NCBI RefSeq assembly: GCF_030028105.1
Contig: NC_092382.1
Location: 91,828,295-91,892,294, forward strand
Direction of reading: 5' to 3'
DNA length: 64,000 nt
Source of the DNA: Mobula birostris
Lineage: Eukaryota
The notes under the pieces were generated by a model. It worked only from the letters and a program-made list of their open reading frames with translations, did not search any database and was not told the DNA's origin. Below, piece by piece: positions 13,485 through 24,646 of this stretch. Every line of letters starts with the position of its first letter. The stretch's first letter is position 1. Made by a program: the position numbers and the translations under genes.

Positions 13485-14008
13485 CTAAAGCACCAAACAG
13501 AGACGGGTTACAAATTGGTTGCAAACCATAGAAATGATTTGCAGCGGCACCGCGACGAGGAGCAATATTTCAATAACTGTGTCTCTTATGGTTTATCCCC
13601 CGGCATTCTCGTTCAGAATAGTTCGAGTGGAGCCGCCTTATCATGTCGCGCACAAAGTAAACGTGAGGGTTATTTATTGTACAGCCTTTAATGTTTGCCC
13701 AAATTAAAAACGGGTGAGCATGTTTACAGAGCGTGGTCGTTTAAAATACAAACAAAAATGTTCGAAGTTTTCGGAGTGAAAACACAAGGAAACATCGAAT
13801 TAAGTGGAACAACGTATGTAGAATTCATTGTTCAATCCCACGCTGTCTTAATTCGGCCTCTGAAATTGTCCTTCTAAATTCCAGTTTATTGCTCCTTTAA
13901 GGCAGATGGTCAGATTCTCCTTTGAGTGGCAATGAACGAAATTTGGATTATTTACCGAAACTGGTTGGCATTGGGCACTACCTCCCCTGGGTTACAAATC
14001 ATACATAC

Positions 14009-14102
14009 CGGCACACTGCAATCGTGCACAGGACGACAATCAGAATGACAAAGCCGGCTCCCACCCCGCCTGCTGTCAAGCAGATCGTCCGGAATTCTGT
14101 TC
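14009..14102 (-). CDS. Siglec/MAG-like receptor exon 6 (transmembrane)
   Basis: CCATTTCAG acceptor, GTATGT donor, phase 1 to 2; encodes GTEFRTICLTAGGVGAGFVILIVVLCTIAVCR. Confidence 0.88.
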
Positions 14103-15021
14103 CTGAAATGGCGAACAAGGGCACGGAATGAGCCATCAGAACTGATATTTTGATAACGTGCTTTCAGAATGCAGACCCATCCCCTAAAAAAGAATTCACC
14201 GCATGTTATGTCTACATGATTGTAATTTGCGATTCCTCCCGCAGCTCTCTTGTGAAATGTGAGCACAAAGACCACCCCTATTGCACGTTTTAAGAGACTA
14301 TTAGAGGCTCCGTGGTTTTATCTGGTATGTTACTCACTGGAAAACGTGGTGTGTATGAAAATCCTCTCACTGCACCGTACGTAAATGAAACTATGCGCAA
14401 ACTAGCCACAAAAAAGGAGCAGTTATCAAACATCATTGCAAATCACATAAAGGATTCAAAGAAGTTACGGCCATGATCACGCGCCAAAAGCTACTGACGT
14501 TAGCAGCTGGTTCTTCGAAAAGGCGAAGAAACTGGCGCAACAAGTTCAGTTATTACGACATTAATCCAGAAATCTAGGTTCATTCTGACCTCCAGTACTG
14601 TAGGTAGATTTTTGCCTTCTCTCGGTGACCGGCGGGTGTCCACCGGGTTCTACACCCAAACCCGAATTAATATCTCGAACAGAACACTACACCACAATTC
14701 ATCCCTTCAGACCCCGATGTTGTGCCGTCTTCTTCGCCGACTCTATTAACACGTAACACTTCTCTCTTATAGTCCATTTTCTACCATCCATCTGCCTACC
14801 CAAGTTTCTTCAATGTCGCCGATACGTCTGCGTCTGCAAGTACCCTCGCAGAGGTCCCGCGCACCTATCACTGTCTGTGGTAAATACTTCATTTTGACAT
14901 CTACCTACCACCCCCCCATACGTTAATCTCCTTAAAATTATTATCCTCTCGTATTAGCCATTTGCGCCCGTAGGGGAAAACTATGTGGCAATCCATGTCA
15001 CTTAACATTTGCTAAACATCT

Positions 15022-15180
15022 ATCGAGTCTCATCTCATGTCCCTTCCGTCCAAAGTGAAAAAATAAACTATCCAGTCGCCTCTCATGTCTCTTCAGTCCA
15101 AAGTGAAAAAAATAAACTATCCAGTCGCCTCTCATGTCTCTTCAGTCAACAGTGAAAAAAAATATCGAGTCTCCTCTCAT
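15022..15180. repeat. ~48-50 bp tandem repeat inside a minus-strand CR1 relic; the 4th unit is split by a solo LTR
   Basis: ATC(C/G)AGTC(G/T)C(C/A)TCTCATGTC(T/C)CTTCAGTCCAAAGTGAAAAA recurs; the unit resumes at 16245. Confidence 0.8.
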
Positions 15181-16244
15181 TTTCATGGGGGACGGGCCGC
15201 TGGGAGCGAACCCAAATGTAAGACACACACACACACTGAAGTACTAGGAACAGGACTAGGCGTGTCAAGTAAGCAAGGAAAGTGAGGAAGAAACGACGCT
15301 GGACAAGACACAGGCCCTGGACGAGGTTAGGATATTGTACAGGGCCTGGGCTAGGACTAGACTAGGAAACCGGGAAGTGGTCGAGGAAATAGGAACTTGG
15401 AACCTGTACAAAGACTCCGAGCCAGAGACTGGACAGCGGCCCGGAACCTGGGTCTTGACTCGGGCTCGGTCCCCGGATCTAGGCGAGGACAAAACGTGGC
15501 TACGGTACAAGGAGTGGCAACAGGACTGGACGTGAGACTCCTAGACAGGACGAGGGAACCCAGTACCGGGCAGAGCGAGGTATTCTTGGCCTGAGCGAGG
15601 CACATGGACAGGACGAGAACACGAAGCCTTGGCTTGGTCGAAGGAGAACAGGAACGCAGAGCCTTGGTCGAGGGAGAACAGGAACACAGAACGCAGATCC
15701 TTGGTCTTGAGAGCCAGGAACATGGAACACAGAGCCGGGACTCCTCCTTGGGAACAGGTCGTAGGGCCGGGTGTCATACACAGAATGCTGAAAACGACGA
15801 GACGGTTCCCAAAACAACGTAGTGGAAAACGGTGGGGCCTACCAAGCGAAGGTGTGGACACAGAGACAGTTTCAACTCAAGGTAGCGGCAAACGGCCGGA
15901 CCTACCTAGCGAAGGTGAGGACACAGTTCCAAACAACGAAAGACAGTTCCTTATCTAGACACAGCAAGGTCCCGATCTTGCCCTGGCAGTTGAACCTGAC
16001 GGCGTTACAGGCGAGGACACACGAGAAGGTAGCAGGCGAGACTTCAGAAGTAAGGGGAAGGGGAGGGAACAGTCCAGCACCTGAAGTTGAACCCAGGAGC
16101 TGTTTATGTAGCCAGCCCAAAATGAGAATCATGTGCCTCAATTAAGGGACACAACACGATAAGGGAAAACCAGAAAACCTGGAATAAGGAACGATGGACT
16201 GGACTGTGAACCAGAACGCGGACTTCATGGACCGAACCATAACA
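15181..16244 (-). mobile_element. Solo LTR (Gypsy-like) with 5-bp TSD CTCAT
   Basis: T(T)TCAT...ATAACA termini; CTCAT at 15176-15180 and 16245-16249; homologous to 55766-57325 and to the reverse of 28045-29790. Confidence 0.8.
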
Positions 16245-17299
16245 CTCATGTCCCTTCAGTCCAAAGTGAAAAGATAATCCCAATTCACTCAGTCTATTCT
16301 CATAAAACATGCTCACTCACCCGGACAGCACGCTGGGAAACCTATTTTGCTCCCTCTGTAAAGCTTCCACATTCCACCCTAAATTGACTCTAGTGTTCAT
16401 AACTGGTGGAATATGGGTTGTGGTAGGGGATGTTATGAGCATGTAGAGATAATTTAAAATTGGGTTAATGTCGGATGAGTGGAGAATTACGACCAGAACG
16501 AGCTTAATGGATCGAAACCGTGTTCCCACGTCATACGGCTCTAGAAAGACCTTTATCCGTAACCCACGTTCAGCCGCCTTTTGCGCGGTAAACTGAAGGT
16601 CCAAGACAAAATTCTCTTTGGGATCCAATCCTCTCTCCGCCAATGTCTGTCTGGAAATCACAGTCAATTTTAACTTCATGTCAAAGTTGACATATGATTT
16701 AATCACGAACGTCATTCGCATTGTCTTCTTTCAATAATTAATAAATTAGCTATTCCTAAACGTTCGACTTAGATATGTTTAAAATATAGTTTATATACAT
16801 TTACAGCATGTGGCCATTTGAAAGTCAGCTGTCAGGTGCCCATCGATGCTGTCGGGCACCAGGAATTCACGATGAATCGGCTGAGGTTATGCTCACTCAA
16901 TACCAAACTTCCTGGCAAGAATATTGGCCGGAGGAGCTCTGACCACCCGTTGCCACTGACCACAGTGCCTTTCTGACCACAGGGTATATGGACAGAGAGC
17001 GCAGATTTATCCTCATATCAAAGGTATGGAAAGCTGCAGGGCACGGGGTTAAGGCGAGGTGTAAAACAGTCGGAGGAGATTTGACGTATTTCTTCAGCCG
17101 GGGGTGGTTGGATTGTGAAATGCAGTAAGTGAGAAGTTAGTGAAGGAAACAGGAAATATCTCGTTGAGCCGTTAATTTGTAAGCGCATAGAAGTCTAAGA
17201 CAAATAGCAGATAAAATGATATTAGTATTGTAAATACTTGTTAGTCAACATGGATATGAAAAGCCGTCGGGTCTAATTCTGCTGGGCGCTACTCTGTGA

Positions 17300-17482
17300 T
17301 CACAAACAAGAGAAAATCTGCAGATGCTGGAAATCCAAGCAACACACACAAAATGCTGGAGGAGCTCAGCAGGAACTGAGCAGAAAACACTGGAGGACTG
17401 ATGAAAGGTCTCGGCACGAAACTGTGCGCTTTTCCACAGACGCTGCCTGACCTGCTGATTTCCTCCGGCATTTTATGTGTGT
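17300..17482 (+). mobile_element. Short Penelope-derived hairpin element carrying a hammerhead core
   Basis: Inverted arms ACACAAAATGCTGGAGGAGCTCAGCAGG / CCTGCTGATTTCCTCCGGCATTTTATGTGT around CTGATGAAAGGTCTCGGCACGAAAC; TSD-like TACT(C/G)TGTGA at 17290 and 17483. Confidence 0.8.
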
Positions 17483-17620
17483 TACTGTGTGACAGTCAGT
17501 CTTTAATCCAAATGGACTTTGCTTCATCTACTGACTTGATTTGGGTAAATTTGACTAAATAGGAGAAAATCTGGTTCACAATTCTCACTCCCTCAAATTA
17601 CTGATAGTTATAATATGCAC

Positions 17621-17902
17621 CCTCGGAACGGAGCGGGTATTCAGAGGCGCGGTAACCGTGGGTATTCCCTGCAGAGCATGAAATCGCATTTCCCATTCTA
17701 TCTGCACGGGTCAGATTCACTGAGCTCCGTATCACGTTCCCGTCCGTCTCCCAGACCGCGACCACATCCTCCGACCTGAGCTCCGCCAGGGCTTCCCCGT
17801 CGATGCTCCATGAAGCGTTTGCCGGAGGGTTGGCTCTGACCTTGCAAACACAGTTCGTCACGGTCCCAGTGCTGGTGCACGCCAGTTCAGTTTTGGGTCT
17901 GT
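17621..17902 (-). CDS. Siglec/MAG-like receptor exon 5 (membrane-proximal Ig domain)
   Basis: CATATCCAG acceptor, GTGCAT donor, phase 1-1; YRPKTELAC...CVCKVRANPPANASWS...ISCSAGNTHG. The CxC..NP pattern matches the membrane-proximal domain of MAG and fish Siglecs. Confidence 0.88.
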
Positions 17903-18675
17903 CTGGATATGGAACGACAAGCGAGAAACGAATGCTTACAACTGGTGACAAATTCACGCTGCGGAACACACTCTAAATGTAGATTGATTTTACTGAATTA
18001 TGTAAAAAAACTGCAAAACGGCAATTACTAGTTAATTATATATAATATTACCAAATATATAACGATAATTATATACAGCGGTTTCGGTTAATTGCGCGAT
18101 CGGTTATTCGGGGCAGCCGCTTAGATGGGACAACTCTTAAAGAACAAATCGAGAAAATACCCGGGGCTCCCTTCGTTTATCTGGGACACTGAGCCACTTC
18201 ATTGCGACGGGAGAGTGTTATAAAACACATTCTAACCTGCGTCAGACGTGAGCACTTGAGTGGCCATTAGGCACCGCACTGTTCTCAGTGCAAAAAGTTT
18301 TTAAATAGCGTCCGCTGCGTGTGATTTGTTCAGATAAGGTGACTTTTGTCACAGGAAGTTGGCGGGAAATTAGTAGTAAGACAATTCAGAACTCCTGTGT
18401 TCCTGCGTTTCATACATACACGCTGAGATATTCCAGTAAATTTAAGGTTGCCAGGAAAATCAATCAGATTTTGGGGATTTCGTAGCAAATTTAGGTATGA
18501 GTGGAAATCTAGGTGGTCATAGCGATAGAAATATATGGCAAATCCCCAGAGTCAGTAGCGGGGTTCAGGACTGAACCGGGATCGATTGAGCGTCAGGACT
18601 CATGTTTAACTGGCTACGTCAATAGAAGTGACAAGGGGGCGTAGAGGCGAGGGAAAAGCTTTCCATCGTCTGTAA

Positions 18676-18862
18676 CCCAGAAAAAAATGCTGGAGGAACT
18701 CAGCAGGCCAGGCAGCATTTGCGGAAAAGAGTACAGCCGACGTTTCGGGCCGAGGCCCTTCATCAGGATCCTTTCCGTAGATGCTTCCTGGCCTGCTGAG
18801 TTTCTCCAGCATTTTGTGTGTGTTGCTCGGATTTCCAGCATCTGCAGATTTTCTCTTGTTTG
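18676..18862 (-). mobile_element. Short Penelope-derived hairpin element with intact hammerhead core and 13-bp TSD
   Basis: ~44-bp inverted arms; minus-strand CTGATGAAGGGCCTCGGCCCGAAACGTC in the loop; CCATCGTCTGTAA at 18663-18675 and 18863-18875. Confidence 0.88.
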
Positions 18863-18884
18863 CCATCGTCTGTAAAGAGATTAT

Positions 18885-19045
18885 GCATCCTCCCCGTGAC
18901 CGGGAGCGTTTCCTGCCGGTGCTCCGCTTGCTTCTCATTCCAAAGACGTGCGCTTAGCGAGGGTGAGTAAACTGCGGGTGTGGTATGTAGGTCCTGGAAA
19001 CCAGCCGACACTTGCAGACTGCCCTCAGCTCACCTTTGAACTCTA
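18885..19045 (+). mobile_element. V-SINE-like fragment
   Basis: CCCCGTGACC..GTTTCCT.CCGGTGCTCCG..TTCCAAAGACGTGC resembles the V-SINE central domain (HE1/DANA type). Confidence 0.6.
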
Positions 19046-19188
19046 TTGACCCTGGAAACCAGCCGACACTTGCGATGGGGTGCGGTGCCGTGTCCTACTC
19101 TGCTAAAGAAGCGAACAAACCAGTGGGCCAAACTTGGACGCAGAGAGCGAGGAGGCGACTGCCTGAGTAGAATATCACCCACACTCAC

Positions 19189-19446
19189 ACTGAACGGAAA
19201 CGCTGGTAGAGCTGTTGGAGACGCCCACGTCGTTTACAGCCAAACACCAATATTTCCCCTCGTCTACTGATGTGACATCACGCAGAAGCACCTTCAATTC
19301 TCCGGTCGAAGATGCACCGATATCCTCTCCATTTCTCACCCAAAGTAAAGTGACGGGAATTGTCCCCCAGCTTCTGCAGTACAGTGAGATGGAGCTGCCT
19401 TCCAGCGCGACCACTGACCGATTGACGGTCGGTTTCTGAGGAAGTT
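19189..19446 (-). CDS. Siglec/MAG-like receptor exon 4 (C2-set Ig domain)
   Basis: TTTTATTTCAG acceptor, GTGAG donor, phase 1-1; EGSSISLYCRSWG..LLWVRNG..DEGKYWCLAVNDVG. Confidence 0.92.
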
Positions 19447-19719
19447 CTGAAATAAAACATAGAATAATAAATGTTCTCCTTCGAAAATCAAATCGATTTA
19501 AATTCAGTGTTCCATACTTAGTATTCATTAAAAATGTTTCCTTTCTGAAAACCTTTAAGCTATATCACTTTTACCCAACCACAACTATGACGAGGCGTCT
19601 TACAGTATGTGAAACCAACAATGGGCAGGAATTCTGTCTGCCCTGAAATACAGGAAACGATCGGAATTGTACTGAGCAGTCCAATGGCGTTAGTCTTCTG
19701 CCACGTGACTGGTAGCATA

Positions 19720-19792
19720 TAATAATAATAATAATAATACCACCAATAACAACAACAACAATAATCATAATAATAAAAATAATAATAATAAA
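19720..19792. repeat. (AAT)n/(AAC)n microsatellite
   Basis: Visible trinucleotide runs. Confidence 0.9.
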
Positions 19793-20095
19793 TCGGACGT
19801 GGTGTAACTGGGTTTTCTGGCTCCTTTGTTAATCCGGACTCTGACAATTCAGGAACACCGTTGGTTCCTCAAGCGTCTCACAAGGAATGTTTCCCGCCCT
19901 TTCCCGAAGCTCACCGGGCCCTCCGTTCCCGCGTTACTCTAATCAATAACGCCGTACGCTCTAATCAACAGGGATTATTTTACTGTGGGTATTTACACCA
20001 ATTGTGAATTCGAAGTGTGTCGGGGCACAATCAAGTGAAATTCACATCCAGTTGTCAGAAAAGCCTCCTACCCCTGCTCCATCAACATGGCGTTT

Positions 20096-20870
20096 CCATA
20101 AGACCATAAGACCATAAGACAAAGGAGCAGAAGTAGGCCATTCGGCCCATCGAGTCTGCTCCGCCATTTTATCATGAGCTGATCCATTTTCTCCTATTTA
20201 GTCCCACTGCCCCGCCTTCTCACCATAACCTTTGATGCCCTGGCTACTCAGATACCTATAAATCTCTGCCTTAAATACACCCAATGACTTGGCCTCCACT
20301 GCTGCCCGTGGCAACAAATTCCATAGATTCAACACCCTCTGATTAAAAAAATTTCTTCGTATTTCTGTCCTGAAAGGGCGCCCTTCAATCCTTAACTCAT
20401 GCCCTCTCGTACTAGACTCCCCCATCATGGGAAACAACTTTGCCACATCCGCTCTGTCCATGCCTTTTAACATTCGAAATGTTTCTATGAGGTCTCCCCT
20501 CATTCTTCTAAACTCCAAGGAATACAGTCCAAGAGCGGACTCATATGTTAACCCTCTCATTCCCGGAATCATTCTAGTGAATCTTCTCTCTACCCTCTCC
20601 AACGTCAGCACATCCTTTCTTAAATAAGGAGACCAAAACTGCCCACAGTACTCCAAGTGAGGTCTCACCAGCGCCTTATAGAGCCTCAACATCACATCCC
20701 TGCTCCTATACTCTATTCCTCTAGAAATGAATGCCAATATTGCATTCGCCTTCTTCACTACTGACTCAACCTGGAGGTTAACTTTAAGGGTATCCTGTAC
20801 GAGGACTCCCAAGTCTCGTTGCATCTCAGAACTTTGAATTCTTTCCCCATTTAAATAATAGTCTGTCCGT
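20096..20870 (-). mobile_element. CR1 LINE 3' fragment
   Basis: QRDLGVLVQDTLKV, LYKALVRPHLEYC, FFNQRVLNLWN; (CCATAAGA)n tail on the plus strand. Confidence 0.93.
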
Positions 20871-22137
20871 TTCGTTGCGATTGTCGGATTTTGCCGTGTT
20901 TCTGACAGCGACACGAGATAGGAAACGGGGCAGGAGCTGTCAGAAGTCACAATAAATGATTTCACGTACAGTACATTTAGAGAGGTTGAATGAGTCGGAA
21001 AGCACATGGCAGGAGCAGCTTCAGTTCGATAAATGTAAGTTATCGACTTGGGTTGGGAGAGTTTGCCCAAATGTTCGCAAATAAGTGTTCATTGGAAGCA
21101 AAGATAATAGGTGAGACAAAAATTAAAGGCAGCAAAATGTGCGTTGGTCCTTACTCCAAGAGGATTTGAAAATACGAGCCAACACATGACAATGGGTGTA
21201 TTTGTGGTGACAACACCGGGGACATTGGGCACTGTTCCCGTCTCAGGAAGAAAGACAGGGGGAACACAGGGATGCTCTTGGCTTCATGTTGCAATGGTCT
21301 GACTATCGCGTGAGGTTGAGTGCACGAGGCAGATGGCACAGATGGATTAACGTCTCGATGACGTGTGTGACATTGTGACGTCTCCATCCGCCGGGTATTT
21401 CCGTCCGCTGGATCTCGGGAAGAGGTTTATTCATACAGATGACACAGGATAAGATATTCATGACAGAGCGATACGATACTTATCCACTGGGAGAGGTGGA
21501 ACCGAGTAATTCCCAGCCACAGAGAAATGTGGGATCCGTGTCCCTCAATAGACGGGAGGACATGGGTAAAGATCGACATGGCAGAGAGATGAATAAGGTT
21601 AAGAACATAAATATGCGATATAAAAATGGGAAACATCAGAGAAAAATAACAGGATAATCAGCATAAATATAAAAATAAAATAATTAATCTTGCGGGGCTG
21701 AGATCAATCGGATATGAGAAAGAAGGCGAAACAGCTCCGGACATGTGACTGAAAGGGAGTGGGGAGGTAGTACTGGGAGGTAGCGAACAGTGGAACACTT
21801 TCCTATGATGGTGTCAAATATTTAACCATTAAATGTCGGTTAAGTCTACTGAATGAGGAATGTGTCGTTAATTTGTAAAGAGAATATAATCTTATCAATC
21901 TGACCGATGGGTCATGCGCAATAGGTCAGAAAATACAGTTGGAAGGTGAGGGAGACTGACCGACAAATACAACCTTTCATCAGACAAACAGCATGATCGA
22001 GGAGTCATCTATAACTGGGGAGATTAATATCAAGGCGGCTAACTGCAAGATTCGCAAACATTCCGTTCCTTAGGATTGCATTGGGTCTCTTTGTGACAGT
22101 GCGGAAGGTCACGGACGCGGGAGTAGGAGAGATAGTT

Positions 22138-22244
22138 AAAGTAGCGGGTAACGGGAAACTCAGCATTCTTCCCGCAGTCTCCAGTATTGCCGGGATAATT
22201 AAAGTAGCGGGTAACGGGAAACTCAGCATTCTTCCCGCAGTCTC
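22138..22244. repeat. 44-bp direct repeat at 63-bp spacing
   Basis: AAAGTAGCGGGTAACGGGAAACTCAGCATTCTTCCCGCAGTCTC at 22138 and 22201. Confidence 0.9.
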
Positions 22245-22630
22245 AGGTATTTCCCCGCAAAGCGAATGGGCGCTTGGTTCCTCCAGTGTAAGAGAGGCCA
22301 CAATGCGCAACCGATCCCGACTGTGCTAATGAGCAGAGCCGCCTATTCTGCCGCTATTTTCAGCCGTTCTGTTCAAACCTCGGTCCACTGATTAAAACTG
22401 GATCAAAATTGTATACTAACAGCATTTCACAGAACTACCAGCAAAGTGTTACTGAGTGAAATCTCAGTTTCGTAACTTGACCGCCCGTGTAGGGCAGCAG
22501 TGCGCCGTGTGTTTCGATTAATTTCGTGACAACACTGGACAGACACACCAGGAATTGATACACCTGAGGAGGCAGCAAACATTCATATATTTTCTCGTGT
22601 CCCGTTTCCTCTTTGAGAACACATGCTTAC

Positions 22631-22936
22631 CTTTAACGTCCATGGTAATAGTTTCCTTGGCCCTTTGGACGCCCTTCGCTAAAACAGCGCATCCCAGAGA
22701 TTCCCCGTGATGAGCGAGTGAGGGAGTGAACGTGAGCGCCGACGTCACCACCCGAGTGCCAGGACCTTCACTGACAACCTTCCCTTCCGCTTTGCTGTCC
22801 TGTGCCGTAACCACGTGATCTGAAACTATCCATTTTAATTCCAGTTTGTCTCTGGAACAGCTGTCGGGAATGGAGCAGGTCAAACGCGCCCTTTGTCCAG
22901 CGATCAGATCCTCACCAACCGAGATCCGGGGCTTTT
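22631..22936 (-). CDS. Siglec/MAG-like receptor exon 3 (Siglec domain-2-type C2 Ig)
   Basis: TTCTGTTCTAG acceptor, GTAAG donor, phase 1-1; EKPRISVGEDLIAGQRARLTCSIPDSC...SALTFTPSLAHHGESLGC, with the extra Cys used for the V-C2 interdomain disulfide. Confidence 0.92.
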
Positions 22937-24124
22937 CTAGAACAGAAGAACGCGTTCAGAAGGGTGTAAATTTCAATAATACAGATATAAGTAAAAGAAA
23001 CGTAGAAATCATGACACCTCGCTATTTCACTGTCTCCCTTCAGCACGGAGTTTTGCGTATGGTAATGGTCGGCCCGCCAGAGGAAGGTAGTGTGTGCTCC
23101 GGGGAGAGTGCAGCGGAGATTCACCAGGCCTTTGACTAGATTGGAGAGCTGGAGTTATGGGCAGAGATTGGGCAAACTGGTTTGTTTTCCAAGGAGCGGT
23201 GACCTGATGGAATTAGAGAAGAGGCCCGGGTTGGGGAGAGGGTGAAAATGCTATCCCATGGTAAGAGTGTGTAAAAATCAAGGCACGTGCGTTACAGAGA
23301 GACAGATTTTTAAAAGAGGACTGGGGGGCAGGTCTATGCAGAGAAAGACGTTACGTAAAACTGCCTAGTAATAACTATTTTACGATAAACTATGCCCCAC
23401 TTGACGTCTCCACCTCGCTCAGTGAGGTGCTTGAGGTATGGCCCTACTGCGGGAAAGCAAAATCGCGGCAGATGAGCGGAAATATCAGCGTGAACGCGGG
23501 GTGCCGAAGGTCCCGTTTCTGAGCTGTATGACAGTATAACGCCAAGAGTAGGACCATTCGCTCCATCTAATCTACGCTGTCCCCCAGTGCAATCGTCTGA
23601 ATTCCTTACCCTACTTGCTTCCCCGCAGCCTCCCTACTCTCAATCAACGAACCTGTTCTCTCGCTGGCGCTGAAAACATCGGTACGTATTTCAAACGAAC
23701 ACCTGGTGGTCTTTGTGTTTCGGGAGGGAGCTGCCGCATTAAGGCGGTAGTTGACCGAGGTGGAGACGTCAGCAGGGGCCCGTACAACCCCCAGATGAAA
23801 ACACACACGGCGTGTTTCTATATTCACTCGTGTTCTGTGCTTAACCAGTGAAGGAAAACATCGTTTTTGCCCTTTCGTGTGTAAATTGCCCGGAGAAGCG
23901 CGATGCTGGCCATGACAGATTGGCGTTATACCCAGATTATGAGATTATGAAGTTCAGTTAATTTAATAAAACTCTAGCATTCGGATATAACTGCACGTTA
24001 GTAATGAAAATGGATGGCGTGTGTAGTCACCAGTCTAGCAGCGTCCTCTCCTCGCCGACGTGACTTCACATCTACATGAAAGCACAATTGGAGAAAGTTT
24101 ACAAAACAAACTAGGACCACTCAC

Positions 24125-24499
24125 CCCAAACAGTGAGAAAGGATTGTGAGCTTCCGGGTCGATGGGTCGTAATGGGAAAGGTCGTGTAGATATCTACCGT
24201 GAATATATATGAACCTTCGTCTCTCTGCTTGGCATCATTTATTCGCAGAGAACAGTCTCCCTTTTCAGGTTTGCCGCTGAAATCTGCTCGGTCGATCGAG
24301 CTGCGACGGTAAAAAGTGAGACTACTGAAATTATATTCAAAGACGGCTTCAAGTCGGGTATTTCGAAATCTGGTTGTCAACCACTGTGCCCGCAGTCTGC
24401 TGGGAAAGTCGGGAATGCGAAAGGCGCAATCGATCTCGGCACAAGCTCCCACTACCGTCGAAACGTTTTGCTGCATCGTCATCGTCATTTGTGTAGAAA
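24125..24499 (-). CDS. Siglec/MAG-like receptor exon 2 (V-set Ig domain)
   Basis: TCTCATTTCCAG acceptor, GTGAG donor, phase 1-1; GACAEIDCAF...W...GDCSLRIND...DEGSYIFTV follows the Siglec-type cysteine pattern. Confidence 0.92.
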
Positions 24500-24646
24500 C
24501 TGGAAATGAGAAACAGGATCTGTAATTATTTCCTCCAGAAGCTCATTCAAAACCATTTCAAGTGTGGAAAATAACTGGTTGTGAGCTTTGTGGGCCCATT
24601 AATGTACAGTCGGCCACCATAATTATATACATTCAAAACTGATATC

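Noticed and set aside
22005-22310. Minus ORF as an extra Siglec exon
   Set aside because: No Ig motifs and no convincing splice sites; exons 3 and 4 already join in phase.
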